Positions 10,088-21,273 of a DNA stretch of 64,000 nucleotides are shown here, piece after piece. This DNA is from Vulcanimicrobiota bacterium (lineage in GTDB: Bacteria; Vulcanimicrobiota; Vulcanimicrobiia; Vulcanimicrobiales; Vulcanimicrobiaceae), in NCBI GenBank assembly GCA_963777315.1, contig CAVZQC010000002.1, positions 416,001 to 480,000 on the forward strand. Direction: 5' to 3'. Within the stretch, counting starts at the first letter, position 1. Every line of letters begins with the position of its first letter. Under the pieces are notes generated by a model, which was not told the DNA's origin, did not search any database, and saw only the letters and a list, made by a program, of their open reading frames with translations. The translations under genes were made by a program, and so were the position numbers.

Positions 10088-11904
10088 TATTCGGCAATCG
10101 GCGCGTACAATGGTTCGGTTCTGCCGCTGAGCCGGCGAACCGTGCGGTCCAGCAGGTCGAAAACCATCACCTCGTTGCGTCCGATCGTGAGAAACGGAGC
10201 CGGTACGTAGAGTGCGAACTGCGGGCCGATTTCCCAGAAGCGTCCCACGGGGTGACCGTTCACCCAGAGCAGACCCTTTCCGAGCATGCGAACGTCCAGA
10301 AACGTATCTGCAACGCGGCCGAGCGAAAAATACCCGCGGTAAAACGCCGGCGCGTCCGCCGGTTCGCCGCCGAATCGCAGTGCGGATAGCTCGCTCATCG
10401 GCAGCGTATAGACGTCCCAGCCGAGCAGCTCGACCCCGCCGAGCGTTGCGGACTTGGTAATCCCCTTGCGATCGTAGACGAACTGCTTGCCGTAATTCAA
10501 ACGTCCCGTATTCTCGACCAAAATGTCGAGTAGAGCCCCGCTTTTCGCCTCTATTTGCAGCGACCGTTCTCCCAGGCGACGGTCGAGCGTGCCGGCGCGC
10601 GTGCCGTCGATGAGGACGACTGCGTAGTCGCGCAACTCGTCGAGCGCCAGCGCGGCTTGCGTCGCGCGCGGAATGCGCGTTCGATACAAAATGTAGCCGT
10701 AGTTTTGGCCATACGCTTCCATGTTCCGCACGCGTTCGCTGTGCTGCGGCGCGCCGAACAAGCCGTGCATCGGTGCGGATTCAGTCAAAGTGAATTCGGG
10801 AATGCCGATGAGCTCAGGCGCGCGTGGCATGGGCGCAGGCTGCGTGCCGGTATGGCGCGCGATTGCTTTGCGAATGAGGAAGAACTTGGAACGCGGGCGT
10901 CCGGTTTCGTCGAGCGGCGCGTCGTAATCGTAGCTCGTCACGGTCGGCTGATACGGCGCGTCGCCGCCGTAGTTGGCGCCGTTCATGAACCAGTTCGTTC
11001 CGCCGTGGAACATATAGAGGTTGAACGACCCGTGCGCGAGCATCCATTCGACGCCGCGCACTTGCGCGGCGGCGTCGGTGACGTGGTGCGGCTCGCCCCA
11101 GTGGTCGAACCACCCCGGATAATACTCGCCGGCCATCACCGGATTGCCGGGGCGAAAACGCGCCAGCGCCGCAAAGTCCGATTGCGGATCGCCGATGCTT
11201 CCCGCCACGGGAAGCGCGGGCAACGAACCGGCGGGAAGTTCGGGAATGCCGTCGTCGGTGTAGTGGATGACGTCTTGAAAACCGGCATCCGTGACTGCGT
11301 CCAAGATTTCGTGCATGTACGCATGGTCGTCGCCGAACGACCCGTACTCGTTTTCGATCTGCACGGCGAGAACAGGACCACCGCGCGGCCATTGCAGCGC
11401 CGCCAATTCCTGTCCCAAACGATGAATCCAGCGCCGTGCGGGCTGCATGAAGCGCGGATCGCGCGTGCGGCACACCGTCTGCGGATCTTGCAGCAGCCAT
11501 GCCGGATACCCGCCGAACTCCCACTCCGCGCAAGCGTACGGCCCGGGCCGCAGGATCACGTGCAGTCCCAGGCGTTGCGCCGTTCGCACGAACGCCGCGA
11601 CGTCGTTCTGCCCGCTGAAATCGAAAGCGCCGGGCTGCGGTTCGTGCACGTTCCAAAACACGTACGTGCAAATGGTATTGAGCCCCATCGCCCGCGCCAT
11701 CCGCAGGCGATGCTCCCAGTACTGATGCGGCACGCGCGTGTAGTGCATCGAACCCGATATGAATTGGAAGGGCTTTTCGTCGAGCATGAACCTGCCGTTG
11801 GCAATGCGAATGCTGCGCGGCGCCGCCGCCAGCGACACCGGTGCGGACAGCGCCGCGAACTGTGCCGCGGCGATGGTGAGAAAGCGCTTGCGGACGATCG
11901 TCAT
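10087..11904 (-). CDS. Beta-galactosidase (GH35)
   Basis: SGSMHYTR, YVFWNVHEP, RPGPYACAEW, QIENEYG, EYYPGWFDHW, SYDYDAP; Tat-like RKRFL leader. Confidence 0.93.
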   Translation of the reverse strand: MTIVRKRFLTIAAAQFAALSAPVSLAAAPRSIRIANGRFMLDEKPFQFISGSMHYTRVPHQYWEHRLRMARAMGLNTICTYVFWNVHEPQPGAFDFSGQNDVAAFVRTAQRLGLHVILRPGPYACAEWEFGGYPAWLLQDPQTVCRTRDPRFMQPARRWIHRLGQELAALQWPRGGPVLAVQIENEYGSFGDDHAYMHEILDAVTDAGFQDVIHYTDDGIPELPAGSLPALPVAGSIGDPQSDFAALARFRPGNPVMAGEYYPGWFDHWGEPHHVTDAAAQVRGVEWMLAHGSFNLYMFHGGTNWFMNGANYGGDAPYQPTVTSYDYDAPLDETGRPRSKFFLIRKAIARHTGTQPAPMPRAPELIGIPEFTLTESAPMHGLFGAPQHSERVRNMEAYGQNYGYILYRTRIPRATQAALALDELRDYAVVLIDGTRAGTLDRRLGERSLQIEAKSGALLDILVENTGRLNYGKQFVYDRKGITKSATLGGVELLGWDVYTLPMSELSALRFGGEPADAPAFYRGYFSLGRVADTFLDVRMLGKGLLWVNGHPVGRFWEIGPQFALYVPAPFLTIGRNEVMVFDLLDRTVRRLSGRTEPLYAPIAE

Positions 11905-12013
11905 GTGAGCAAGGTACGTTGCAGCTGAGGAATCATCGTAGTGCTGTGCCGTTTGCCGTTCTACAAGGCGTGCCTGCGAGGCAGCCTCGCGTTTGTAGGG
12001 AAAGTTCGAAAAG

Positions 12014-14003
12014 ATGAATCGATCGCAGTTCGTTCGAGGCGCCGCCGCGAGCGCAGCGTCGTTTGCCGCACTCGGTGCGGGCGGGACGGCGTGGGCCGAC
12101 GCGGCCGGCGGGACGTTCTCCTTGGGAAATGCCGCCATCGACGCGACCTGGGCAATGCACGACGGCGCGCTCTCACTCACGCGCTTGCGCGCCGGTGCTC
12201 TCAAACGCGCAATTCCACTGCCGCGCGATCTCTTCAGCGTCGGGGCGGCGAACGGAACGATCGTTTCCGCGCGCGAGTTCCGAATAACGGGGGGTCCGGC
12301 GCACGAGGCGCTTACGGCCGGCGCGCATGCCGCGCGCTACGCCGAACGCATTCCCGGCCGCAAAATCAGCGTGGAACTCGCGCACCCCGGCGGCAAACTG
12401 CACGCGACTTGGAGCGCGATCCTGCGGGACGGCTCGCAGTATCTGCGCCAGCAGTTGGAGTTGCGAGCCGTCGGCGCAGAAGTGCAACTCGCGAGCGTTA
12501 TGCTGGTTGATTTTGCGCGTCTGCCGGATGCGTTCGTTCTAGGCAGCGTGGACGGCTCGCCGATTGCGTCGGCCAATCTCTATACGGCCATCGAGCATCC
12601 ATTCGCGAAAGCCCAAGCGATCGACGATCGCGCGAGCGCCTTCCTGCCGGTGCGCGTTCCGCTGCGTCCCGGCGTGCCGCTGATCGTGTCCAGCGTCATC
12701 GGCGTAACGGCGCCGGGCCGGCTGCGGCGCGATTTTCTGACCTACGTCGAACGCGAGCGCGCACACCCATACCGCACGTTCTTACACTACAACTCCTGGT
12801 ACGATCTCGGATACTTTACGCGTTACACGGCAGCGCAAGCGCTCGAGCGCATCCACGCGTTCGGAAGCGAGGCTCACGCAGCGGCGCGGCGTGCGCCTGG
12901 AATCGTTTCTGTTCGACGACGGGTGGGATGATCCGCAGCGGCTGTGGCATTTCAACGCAGAGTTTCCGCAGGGTTTTGCTCCGCTCGAGGCGGCGGCTTT
13001 GCAGTACGGTGCGCGGCCGGGCGCATGGCTCTCGCCGTGGGGCGGCTACGGCAAGCCGCGCGAACAGCGGCTCGCCAGCGCCAAAGCGCAAGGGTACGGC
13101 ATCAACGAGGACGGTTTGGCGTTGTCGGCTCCGAAATATTACGAGTATTTTGAAAGCGTGGTGACGCGATTCATCACGCGCGGCGGCGTCAATCAATTCA
13201 AGCTGGACGGCACCGGCAACGCGAGCAGCGTCTATCCCGGCAGCCGGTTCGGCAGCGACTTCGAGGCGGCAATTCATCTGATCGGCACGGCGCGCGCGCT
13301 CGAGCCCGACATCTACATCAATCTGACGACCGGCACGTACCCTTCGCCGTTCTGGCTGCGCTACTGCGACTCGATCTGGCGCGGCGGCGACGATCACAAC
13401 TTTTTCGGCGCGGGCTCGTACCGGCAGAGATGGATCACGTACCGTGACGCCGACACGTACGCGGGCGTCGTGACGCAAGGGCCGCTGTATCCGCTCAACG
13501 CGCTCATGCTGCACGGGATGATCTATGCCGCGTACGCCAAGCATTTGGACGCCGATCCGGACGGCGATTTTCGCGACGAGATCCGCTCCTACTTTGGAAC
13601 GGGGACGCAGCTGCAGGAGATGTATATAACGCCGGGCCTGCTCTCATCGGCGAACTGGGACGATCTCTCGCAATGTGCGAAGTGGTCCGCGCGCAACGCC
13701 GACGTGCTGCGCGACACGCATTGGATCGGCGGCGATCCCTACCGCCTGCAGATCTACGGCCACGCCGCGTGGTCCCCGCGAAAGGGAATCATCAGCTTGC
13801 GCAATCCCGCCGATCGCGTACAGGAAATCGCGCTCGACGTTGGACAGGCGTTCGAGTTGCCGCAAGGCGCTCCACGGCGGTACGCTGCACGATCCCCGTG
13901 GCAGCGGCAAGCGCCGCTCACGCTCACGGCCGGCGCATATCACGTCTTCACGCTGCGCCCGTTCGAAGTCCTGACGCTGGAAGCGCTTCCCGCCGGCGCG
14001 TAG
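12014..14003 (+). pseudogene. Tat-exported clan GH-D-like TIM-barrel protein ('enterotoxin'-annotated family), +1 frameshift near 12871 (possibly sequencing error)
   Basis: NRSQFV leader; HYNSWYD in the first frame, FDDGWDD, WLSPWGGY and FKLDG in the second; removing one G gives FGSELTQRRGVRLESFLFDDGW. Confidence 0.75.
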
Positions 14004-14007
14004 CCCG

Positions 14008-15795
14008 TCACTGCGATGCCATCAGTGCTTCCCCTTTGGTAGCGGCTTCGAAGTGCGCCTCGATCTCTTCCAAAGTCTTGCCTTTGGTTTCGGGCAGGAA
14101 GAACGTCGCGGTCACAAAGTAGATGACTGTGCATGCCGCAAACGCAAAGAACATCGTGGAGTAGCCGTACTTGCCGACCATGGGAAGAAACACTGCGGCG
14201 ATCACCGTCGACGTCCCGGTGTTGAGGAACAGCGCGATGCTCATGCCGTTGGAGCGGATGCGCGTGGGCATCAGTTCCGAAAGCGCCAGCCATACGCATA
14301 CGCCCGGGCCCACCGCGTAAAACGCCATGAACAAAAACAGCGTCAACGCCACGATCCATCCGTTCGCCTGACTTGGTACCGGGGCGATCAGGGCCGCATC
14401 GATCTTCAGCGGCGCGTTGCGGGAAGCGTCCAAACTCCCGAACGGGTCGGCAAAGAATGCCGCAACCTTGTTGGCCGGCAGCGAGCGCGTAATCTGAATC
14501 GGCAGCGCGGTTTGGTTGGAGCGCGCCACGTTGGTTACCGAGCGGAAGTCGCCGTAGGAGTAGATGATTTCCAAAGACTGCGCGTTGCCGGCGGTGCTTT
14601 TTCCTACGCTGCGCAGCAGTTTCTTGGCGGTCGCGGCATCGAACGTCAGCGAAACGCTTTGATTCGGGCGGACCATCGACTGTACGGCTTGCTTGACGTC
14701 GACTTGCGCGGACTGCGTGCGGTAAAACAGTATTCCCGTGCCGACGAGCGAGAGAATAATGCCCGCGCTGCCGAGCGAAAGCAGAAATTTTCTGCCTTTG
14801 CGGTCTACCAGCATGACGCCGATGATCGTTATCCCGAAATTGACGATGCTGAAGAACAGGCTCCCGATGTGCGCCTGATAGTCGGAAAGGCCGCCCTGCA
14901 AAAGAATCGTGGTGTTGTACCCGATGATCGAATTTATGCCGGTGAGTTGGTTGCAGGTCAGAATCACGCACGCCAGGATGAATGGGATGACGTACTTGCG
15001 GCGCAGGAGCGATTCTTTGATCTTCGTGCCGGACTTTTTCGCGCGCTCCGCGCTGCGGGTGTCCTCCATCGCCTGCAGTTCGTAGCCGGCCTGCTCTTGC
15101 GTGCGCGAGCGCAGAAGCGCGGCCAGCGCGGCGTCTTTCTTGCCGCGCCGGAACAACCAGCGCGGCGATTCCGAGACCACTGCGCTGCCAAGTACGAACA
15201 GTATGCCGGGCGGAAGCGAAACCCAGAACGTGTTGCGCCAGGCTTGATCTTTGAACGCAAAGATCTCCGCAGTGCTGCCGGTTTTCATCACGATGCCCAA
15301 ACGGTAGCTGAAATACAGCGTGATGAGCCCGGCCACCACGAAACCGAACGTGAGCATCCATTGAAACAGGCCCGTGCCTTTGCCGCGGTTCGATGCGCCC
15401 AGACACTCGGCCAGGTAAAGCGGGACCACCACGCCGATCAGCCCGGCGCTCATGCCTTGCAGCAGACGCCCGAACACCAGCGGCCCGAAGCCGTGCGCCA
15501 GCGCGATGAGCGGGATGCTCGCAACGAACATGAGCGCACTGAGAACCATCAGATTTCTGCGCCCGAACCAATCGGCCAAAGCACCCGCTATCAGACTGGA
15601 AATGACGCTGCCCAACAGCACCGCGGCAACGATGAACGAAAGCCGGCTGGGATCCAGACCCGAAGTCGCTTCCAAATACGGCAGCGCGCCCGCGATGATA
15701 CCGACGTCGATGCCGTACAGCAGGCCGCCAAGCCCGCTGACGGTCAGAAGAAGCCGGTTATAGCCTGCAATGGCATGCACTGTTCTGGGTTGCAT
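14008..15795 (-). CDS. Sugar porter family MFS transporter with large loop insertion
   Basis: YGIDVG, DWFGRR, ESPRWL, NQLTGIN, DRKGRK, PETKGKTLEEI. Confidence 0.92.
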   Translation of the reverse strand: MQPRTVHAIAGYNRLLLTVSGLGGLLYGIDVGIIAGALPYLEATSGLDPSRLSFIVAAVLLGSVISSLIAGALADWFGRRNLMVLSALMFVASIPLIALAHGFGPLVFGRLLQGMSAGLIGVVVPLYLAECLGASNRGKGTGLFQWMLTFGFVVAGLITLYFSYRLGIVMKTGSTAEIFAFKDQAWRNTFWVSLPPGILFVLGSAVVSESPRWLFRRGKKDAALAALLRSRTQEQAGYELQAMEDTRSAERAKKSGTKIKESLLRRKYVIPFILACVILTCNQLTGINSIIGYNTTILLQGGLSDYQAHIGSLFFSIVNFGITIIGVMLVDRKGRKFLLSLGSAGIILSLVGTGILFYRTQSAQVDVKQAVQSMVRPNQSVSLTFDAATAKKLLRSVGKSTAGNAQSLEIIYSYGDFRSVTNVARSNQTALPIQITRSLPANKVAAFFADPFGSLDASRNAPLKIDAALIAPVPSQANGWIVALTLFLFMAFYAVGPGVCVWLALSELMPTRIRSNGMSIALFLNTGTSTVIAAVFLPMVGKYGYSTMFFAFAACTVIYFVTATFFLPETKGKTLEEIEAHFEAATKGEALMASQ

Positions 15796-15902
15796 GAGAT
15801 GGCCCCCGAGTTTCCCGACGTCGTCCTCGCAGTCATCCGACATATCGAACGGCGATCCGCTGCGAGGAGCCTTGTGCTGCTGGCGAGAACGCGAAACATC
15901 CG

Positions 15903-17765
15903 ATGTTTCAATACCGCGCTTTAGCGGCCCTGGCGCTCGCTTTTGCCGTCTGCGCGCCCCGCGGCGCCGGCGCTCAAAATGCGCGCATTGCCGCCGACTC
16001 GCTGGGCATCATTCCGGCTCCGCGCTCGGTCGTCGCATACGCCGCGACGTACCGGCTTCCCCCGCACGTCGCTATAGCAGTCTCGACGCCGGACGAACGC
16101 AATGTGGCCGGCTTTGCGGTGACTTTTTTGCGGACACACGGCATCGATGCGACGGTTGCTCCAAACGGTTCCCCGGCAGCGTTGCGGCTGTCGTCGCGCG
16201 CCCACGATCGATCGCTGGGTCCCGAAGGGTACCGCCTGCGCGTAGACAGCAGCGGCATCGCGATTGCCGCCAATGCCGGCGCGGGTTTGTTCTACGGCCT
16301 GCAAACGTTCGAGCAACTTTTCGCGCCCGGCGGCGGCAATGCGATTCATCAGGTCGATATCAGCGATGCACCGTCGTACCCGTACCGCGGCATCCATCTG
16401 GACGTCGGGCGGCATTTCTTTGCCGTGCCGTTCGTCGAGAAATACATCGACTTGGCCGCGCGCTACAAGCTCAACGAATTTCACTGGCATTTGACCGAGG
16501 ATCAAGGCTGGCGCATCGAGATCAAAAAGTATCCGCGCTTGACGAGCGTCGCATCCTGCCGCGCCGGTACGATGATCGGCCACGACTTCAATTCCAACGA
16601 TCGCGTGCGCTATTGCGGCTATTACACGCAGGATCAAATCCAGCAAGTCGTTGCATACGCGAAGAAGCGCTACGTGAACATCGTCCCGGAGATCGAGATG
16701 CCGGGACATTCCGTCGAAGTCCTGGCCGCGTACCCGCAGCTGGCGTGCAAGCCCGGAGTCTATCACGTGCTGACGATATGGGGCGTTTCCAACGACATCG
16801 TCTGCCCATCCGAGCGCACGATCCGATTTTACGAAGACGTGTTGACCGAAGTCATGCGGCTTTTTCCCGGGCCGTACATTCATACCGGCGGCGACGAAGC
16901 GCCCAAAGACGTTTGGAACGGCAGCCCGCTGGTTCGGCGGCTCATGCGCGAGCATCATCTCAAGGATGCCGACGCCGTGCAGGGCTGGTTCGACACGCGC
17001 ATCGAGAACTTTTTGCGGGCGCACGGGCGGCGAATGATCGGCTGGGACGAGATCCTGCAAGGCAACGTCTCGCACAGCGCCATCGTGATGTCGTGGCGGG
17101 GCGTCGGCGGAGGCGCGGTGGCGGCAATGCGCGGCAACGACGTCATCATGTCGCCCGATCCGACGCTGTATTTCGATCATTCGCAGGGCGACCCGGCGTA
17201 CGAGCCGCTCAACATCGGCGGAATGACGACCTTGCGGGATGTATACGACTACGATCCCGGCATCGATGCGCTGCCCCCGGATAAGGCAAAACACATTTTG
17301 GGCGCGCAAGGCAATCTCTGGACCGAATATATTGCCACGCCGCAGCTCGCGCAGTACGAGCTGCTGCCGCGCATGCTTGCGCTGTCCGAACTGGTGTGGA
17401 CGCCGGTTGCACAAAAGGACTGGGACAGTTTCGTCGCGCGTACGCCCAATCACTACGCCCGCTTTGAATCCGAGGGCGTGCAATTTCGCATTCCGGATCC
17501 GACGGGCTTGCAAAAGACCGTCGCGAGCGGCCCGCACGCAACCGTGAAACTCGTGAGCCCGGTGCCCGGGGCAACGATGTATTACACCGTCGACGGCTCG
17601 ATGCCCACGCAAGCCTCGCCGCGCTATACGCAGCCGTTCACTCTCGATTTGAGTCCGGGCCAGTCCATCAACGTTCGCGTCATCACGGTCTTGCAGTCCG
17701 GGCGCGTGAGCGCGCCGGGGAGTGCGATATACGAACGCCCGGCCGCGAGCGCCACGGTACCGTAG
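15903..17765 (+). CDS. Beta-N-acetylhexosaminidase (GH20) with C-terminal Fn3-associated domain
   Basis: YRGIHLDVGRH, HWHLTEDQGWR, PEIEMPGH, HTGGDE, NLWTEY; YYTVDGSMPT. Confidence 0.94.
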   Translation: MFQYRALAALALAFAVCAPRGAGAQNARIAADSLGIIPAPRSVVAYAATYRLPPHVAIAVSTPDERNVAGFAVTFLRTHGIDATVAPNGSPAALRLSSRAHDRSLGPEGYRLRVDSSGIAIAANAGAGLFYGLQTFEQLFAPGGGNAIHQVDISDAPSYPYRGIHLDVGRHFFAVPFVEKYIDLAARYKLNEFHWHLTEDQGWRIEIKKYPRLTSVASCRAGTMIGHDFNSNDRVRYCGYYTQDQIQQVVAYAKKRYVNIVPEIEMPGHSVEVLAAYPQLACKPGVYHVLTIWGVSNDIVCPSERTIRFYEDVLTEVMRLFPGPYIHTGGDEAPKDVWNGSPLVRRLMREHHLKDADAVQGWFDTRIENFLRAHGRRMIGWDEILQGNVSHSAIVMSWRGVGGGAVAAMRGNDVIMSPDPTLYFDHSQGDPAYEPLNIGGMTTLRDVYDYDPGIDALPPDKAKHILGAQGNLWTEYIATPQLAQYELLPRMLALSELVWTPVAQKDWDSFVARTPNHYARFESEGVQFRIPDPTGLQKTVASGPHATVKLVSPVPGATMYYTVDGSMPTQASPRYTQPFTLDLSPGQSINVRVITVLQSGRVSAPGSAIYERPAASATVP

Positions 17766-17769
17766 CCGC

Positions 17770-20700
17770 ATGCGTTTGACGGCGATTGCAGCGACGTTGG
17801 CGGCGTCTGCTGCGCTGATGAATGCACCGGCATATTCGCAGACTGCCGCAGATCCCGTTGCGCTGGTCGATCCGTTCGTTGGAACGGCCGGCACGCAGGG
17901 CGTGGGGCTCATCGACGACTATCCGGGCGCCAGCGCGCCGTTCGGGATGCTGCAGTGGAGTCCGGACACGCCGACGCTTCCGCCCAGCGGCGGATATTTC
18001 TATCGCGACAAAGCGATCTCCGGATTCAGTTTGACGCATGTGTCCGGAGCGGGCTGTTTCATCTACGGCGACTTCGCCGTTCTTCCCACGCTGGGCGAGA
18101 TACGGAATCCGGGCAGCGCAACGCAGCCCTTTTTGCACGCCGGTGAAGCGGCATCGCCAGGCTATTACGCGGTTTCGCTCGGCGAGCCGGCGATTCGCAC
18201 GCGGATCGCGGTGACGCCGCGAACCGGAATCGCCGAATTCACGTTTCCCGCCGGCCCGCGCGCGAATCTGCTGATCGATACGGCTTCCGATCAGGCCGGC
18301 GTGACGGACGCGCGCTTTCACGTCGTCGGCCCCGATGAAGTCGCCGGTTCGGCGACCAGCGGCGGATTCTGCGGAATGCCCAACGTGTACACCGTGTATT
18401 TCGACATGCGCTTCGACCGGCCGTTCAGTTCGTACGGCACGTGGAAAGACGCCGCGACGACGCCGGGCGGCAGTACCGTGAGCGGACCGCACAGCGGCGG
18501 CTGGGTGACGTTCGATGCGACCGGCAATCCGACGGTGCGCGTGAAGGCCGCCGTGTCGTACGTCAGCGAACGCGCGGCGCGCGACAACCTCATTGCCGAG
18601 GCGACGAGTTGGAGCGTCGACCAGGTTCATGCGGCGACCGCATCGGCATGGCGTTCGTTGCTGGGTGAAGTGCGAATCTCCGGCGGAACACCGGCAGAGC
18701 AGCGTATGCTGTACACCTCGCTCTACCATGCCCTCCTTTCGCCTACGCTGTTTAGCGACGCGGACGGAGCGTACCGCGGTTTCGATGGGGGCGTGCATCG
18801 CGGCTTGGCGGGCCACGCCCAGTACGCCAACTTTTCGGGCTGGGACATCTATCGAACGCAGGTGCCGCTGATGGCGCTGCTCGCGCCGCGTCAAACCGGC
18901 GACATGATGGAGTCGCTGGTGCACGACGCGCAGCAGGGAGGATGGCTGCCGAAGTGGCCTGCGGCCGACGGGTACACCGGCGTTATGGGCGGCGATTCCG
19001 CGGACCCGATCATCGCGGCGGCGTACGCGTTCGGCGCGCGCGATTTCGATCGGATTGCAGCGCTGCGCGCCATGATCAAAAATGCCGACGACGCGCGCAG
19101 CGCGCTGGGGCAGCAATGGTTTCGGCCGCGGCCCGGATTGGCCGAATACCTGCAGCGCGGCTACGTGGTCAACAGTCATACGACGTCGGTTTCACCGGTA
19201 CCGAACGGCGCATCCGAGACGCTCGAATACGCGCTGGATGATTTTTCGATCGCGCAATTCGCGCACGATGTTTCCCGGCCCGGCGTTTATCGCAGATTCA
19301 TGCGCCGTTCGACGAACTGGGCGACGCTCTTCGACGAATCGACCGGCGCGATCGCGCCGCGCGACGCCGACGGCGCCTTCATGCGCACGCCGATCACGGC
19401 CAACGGGCAGAGCGGCTTTCAGGAAGGCAACTCGGCGCAATACACTTGGATGGTTCCACAGGCGCTCGGTTCGCTCGTGGCGGCGCTTGGCGGTACGCCG
19501 AACGCGCTCGGGCGTTTGGACGCGTTCTTCAGCAAGCTCGACGCCGGACAAGATCAGCCGTATGCCTGGTTCGGCAACGAACCCACGCTGGGATCGCCCT
19601 GGACCTATCTGTATGCGGGTGCGCCGTATCGCGCGCAAGCGGTGAACCGCGCGGTGATGCTGTCGCTGTATGCGCCGACGCCCGACGGCATTCCGGGCAA
19701 CGACGATCTCGGAACGATGAGCGCGTGGTGGGTTTGGAATGCACTCGGATTGTATCCGATCAACCCATCGGTTCCGGTGCTGCTGCTCGAAACGCCGTTA
19801 TTCTCCCATGTGACGATCGCCTCGCCGTCAGGGCGCCGGATAGACGTCGATGCGCCGGCGGCTTCCGACACCAATAAGTACCTGCAATCGTTGCGCGTGA
19901 ACGGTGCCGCGGCGAATCGGGCTTGGGTGGTTTTGCCGCAGCGCGGCACGCTTGCGCTGGACGAGGTCGCGGGCGCAACGCCCAACGTCGACTTCGGACG
20001 GTCACCGCAAGACGCGCCGCCGAATTACACGCCGGGCCTGCTGCATTTTCCGCCGTCCACGGCTGCCGGTTTAGGCGCCCCGGCACGTATGCTGGATCTG
20101 CCGCCGGGAACTTCCGCGCCGCTCGCCTTTACGGTTACGAATCTTCCGGGAGGAGCGGCCACGCAAGTCTCGTGGACCGCGCAGTCGCCGGCCAATCTCT
20201 CCGTCTCGCCCCCTCGCGGCCGCGCCGAGGTCGGCGCAGCCGCAGTGCCGGTGCAGACGATTGTTTCAGCGGCTGCATCGACGCTCTCGGGTTTGTATAA
20301 CGTTGTCCTGCGCGCGGTCGCGCGCAACGGCGCGCCGCTCGCGCATGCCGCGGCGGTCGTGCGCGTGGCGCGTGCCGGCCAAACGCTGCCTTTGGCGTAT
20401 GCCGCCAACTTCAGCGACGACACGATCGTACCGATCGATCTGCGCACGCACGCGTACGGCAACGCGATTCCCGTCGGCAATCGACCGGGGGACTTGGCCG
20501 TCGGTTCGGGCGGCGCGCGCGCGTACAGCGCAAATCAAGGCAGCAACGACGTGAGCGTCGTCGATACGGCCGCTCAAAAAACCGTGGCCGCGATCAAGGT
20601 CGGTAAAGTGCCGGCCGGAATCCGCCTAACGCCCGACGGCAAAGCGCTCTGGGTGACCAACTACGGCGATGGTACGGTACAGCGGATCGACACGGCAACA

Positions 20701-21262
20701 CTGCGCGCGGGCGCGCCGATTGCCGTCGGCTCACAGCCCGAGGAGCTCGCGATCGCGCCCGATGGTTCCCGGCTGTACGTGGCGGATCAAGGATCGAATC
20801 AGGTCTCCGTGCTCGACATTGCCGCCGGCAAGGTCATCGCAACGATCGGCGTGGGCGATCATCCGATCGGGATCGCCGTTTCACCCGACGGCAAGCGGAT
20901 CTACGTCAGCAACGCGGTCTCCAACGACGTGAGCGCGATCGATGCTTCGTCGCTGGCCGTTCTCGCGCGTATTCCGGTGGGCAAGGCCCCGCAAGGCATG
21001 GCGTTTTCGCCCGACGGCTCGCAGTCTGTACGTGGCCGACTCGGGCTCTTCGCAGGTGACGCCGATCGACGTGCGCGCCGACGCGGCGCGCGCGCCGATT
21101 GCCGTGGGCAACGGACCGTTCGACGTCGTCTTCAGCGCCGACGGAGGCACCGCATTCGTCACCGACACCGGCGACAACGAAGTGCTGACGATCGACGTGC
21201 GCACGCAAACGCCCGGCGTGTCGATACCGACCGGAAACTTCCCGATTGCAATCGCGCGGTGA
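17770..21262 (+). CDS. GH92 alpha-mannosidase fused to C-terminal YVTN beta-propeller; +1 frameshift near 21019-21025
   Basis: VDPFVGT, PFGMLQWSPDT, SGWDIYR, SETLEYA, FQEGN, GNEP, GNDDLGTMSAW; then repeated PDG..LYVxN/D...VSVID units that continue in the next frame. Confidence 0.88.
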
Positions 21263-21273
21263 CGCGAACCGCG

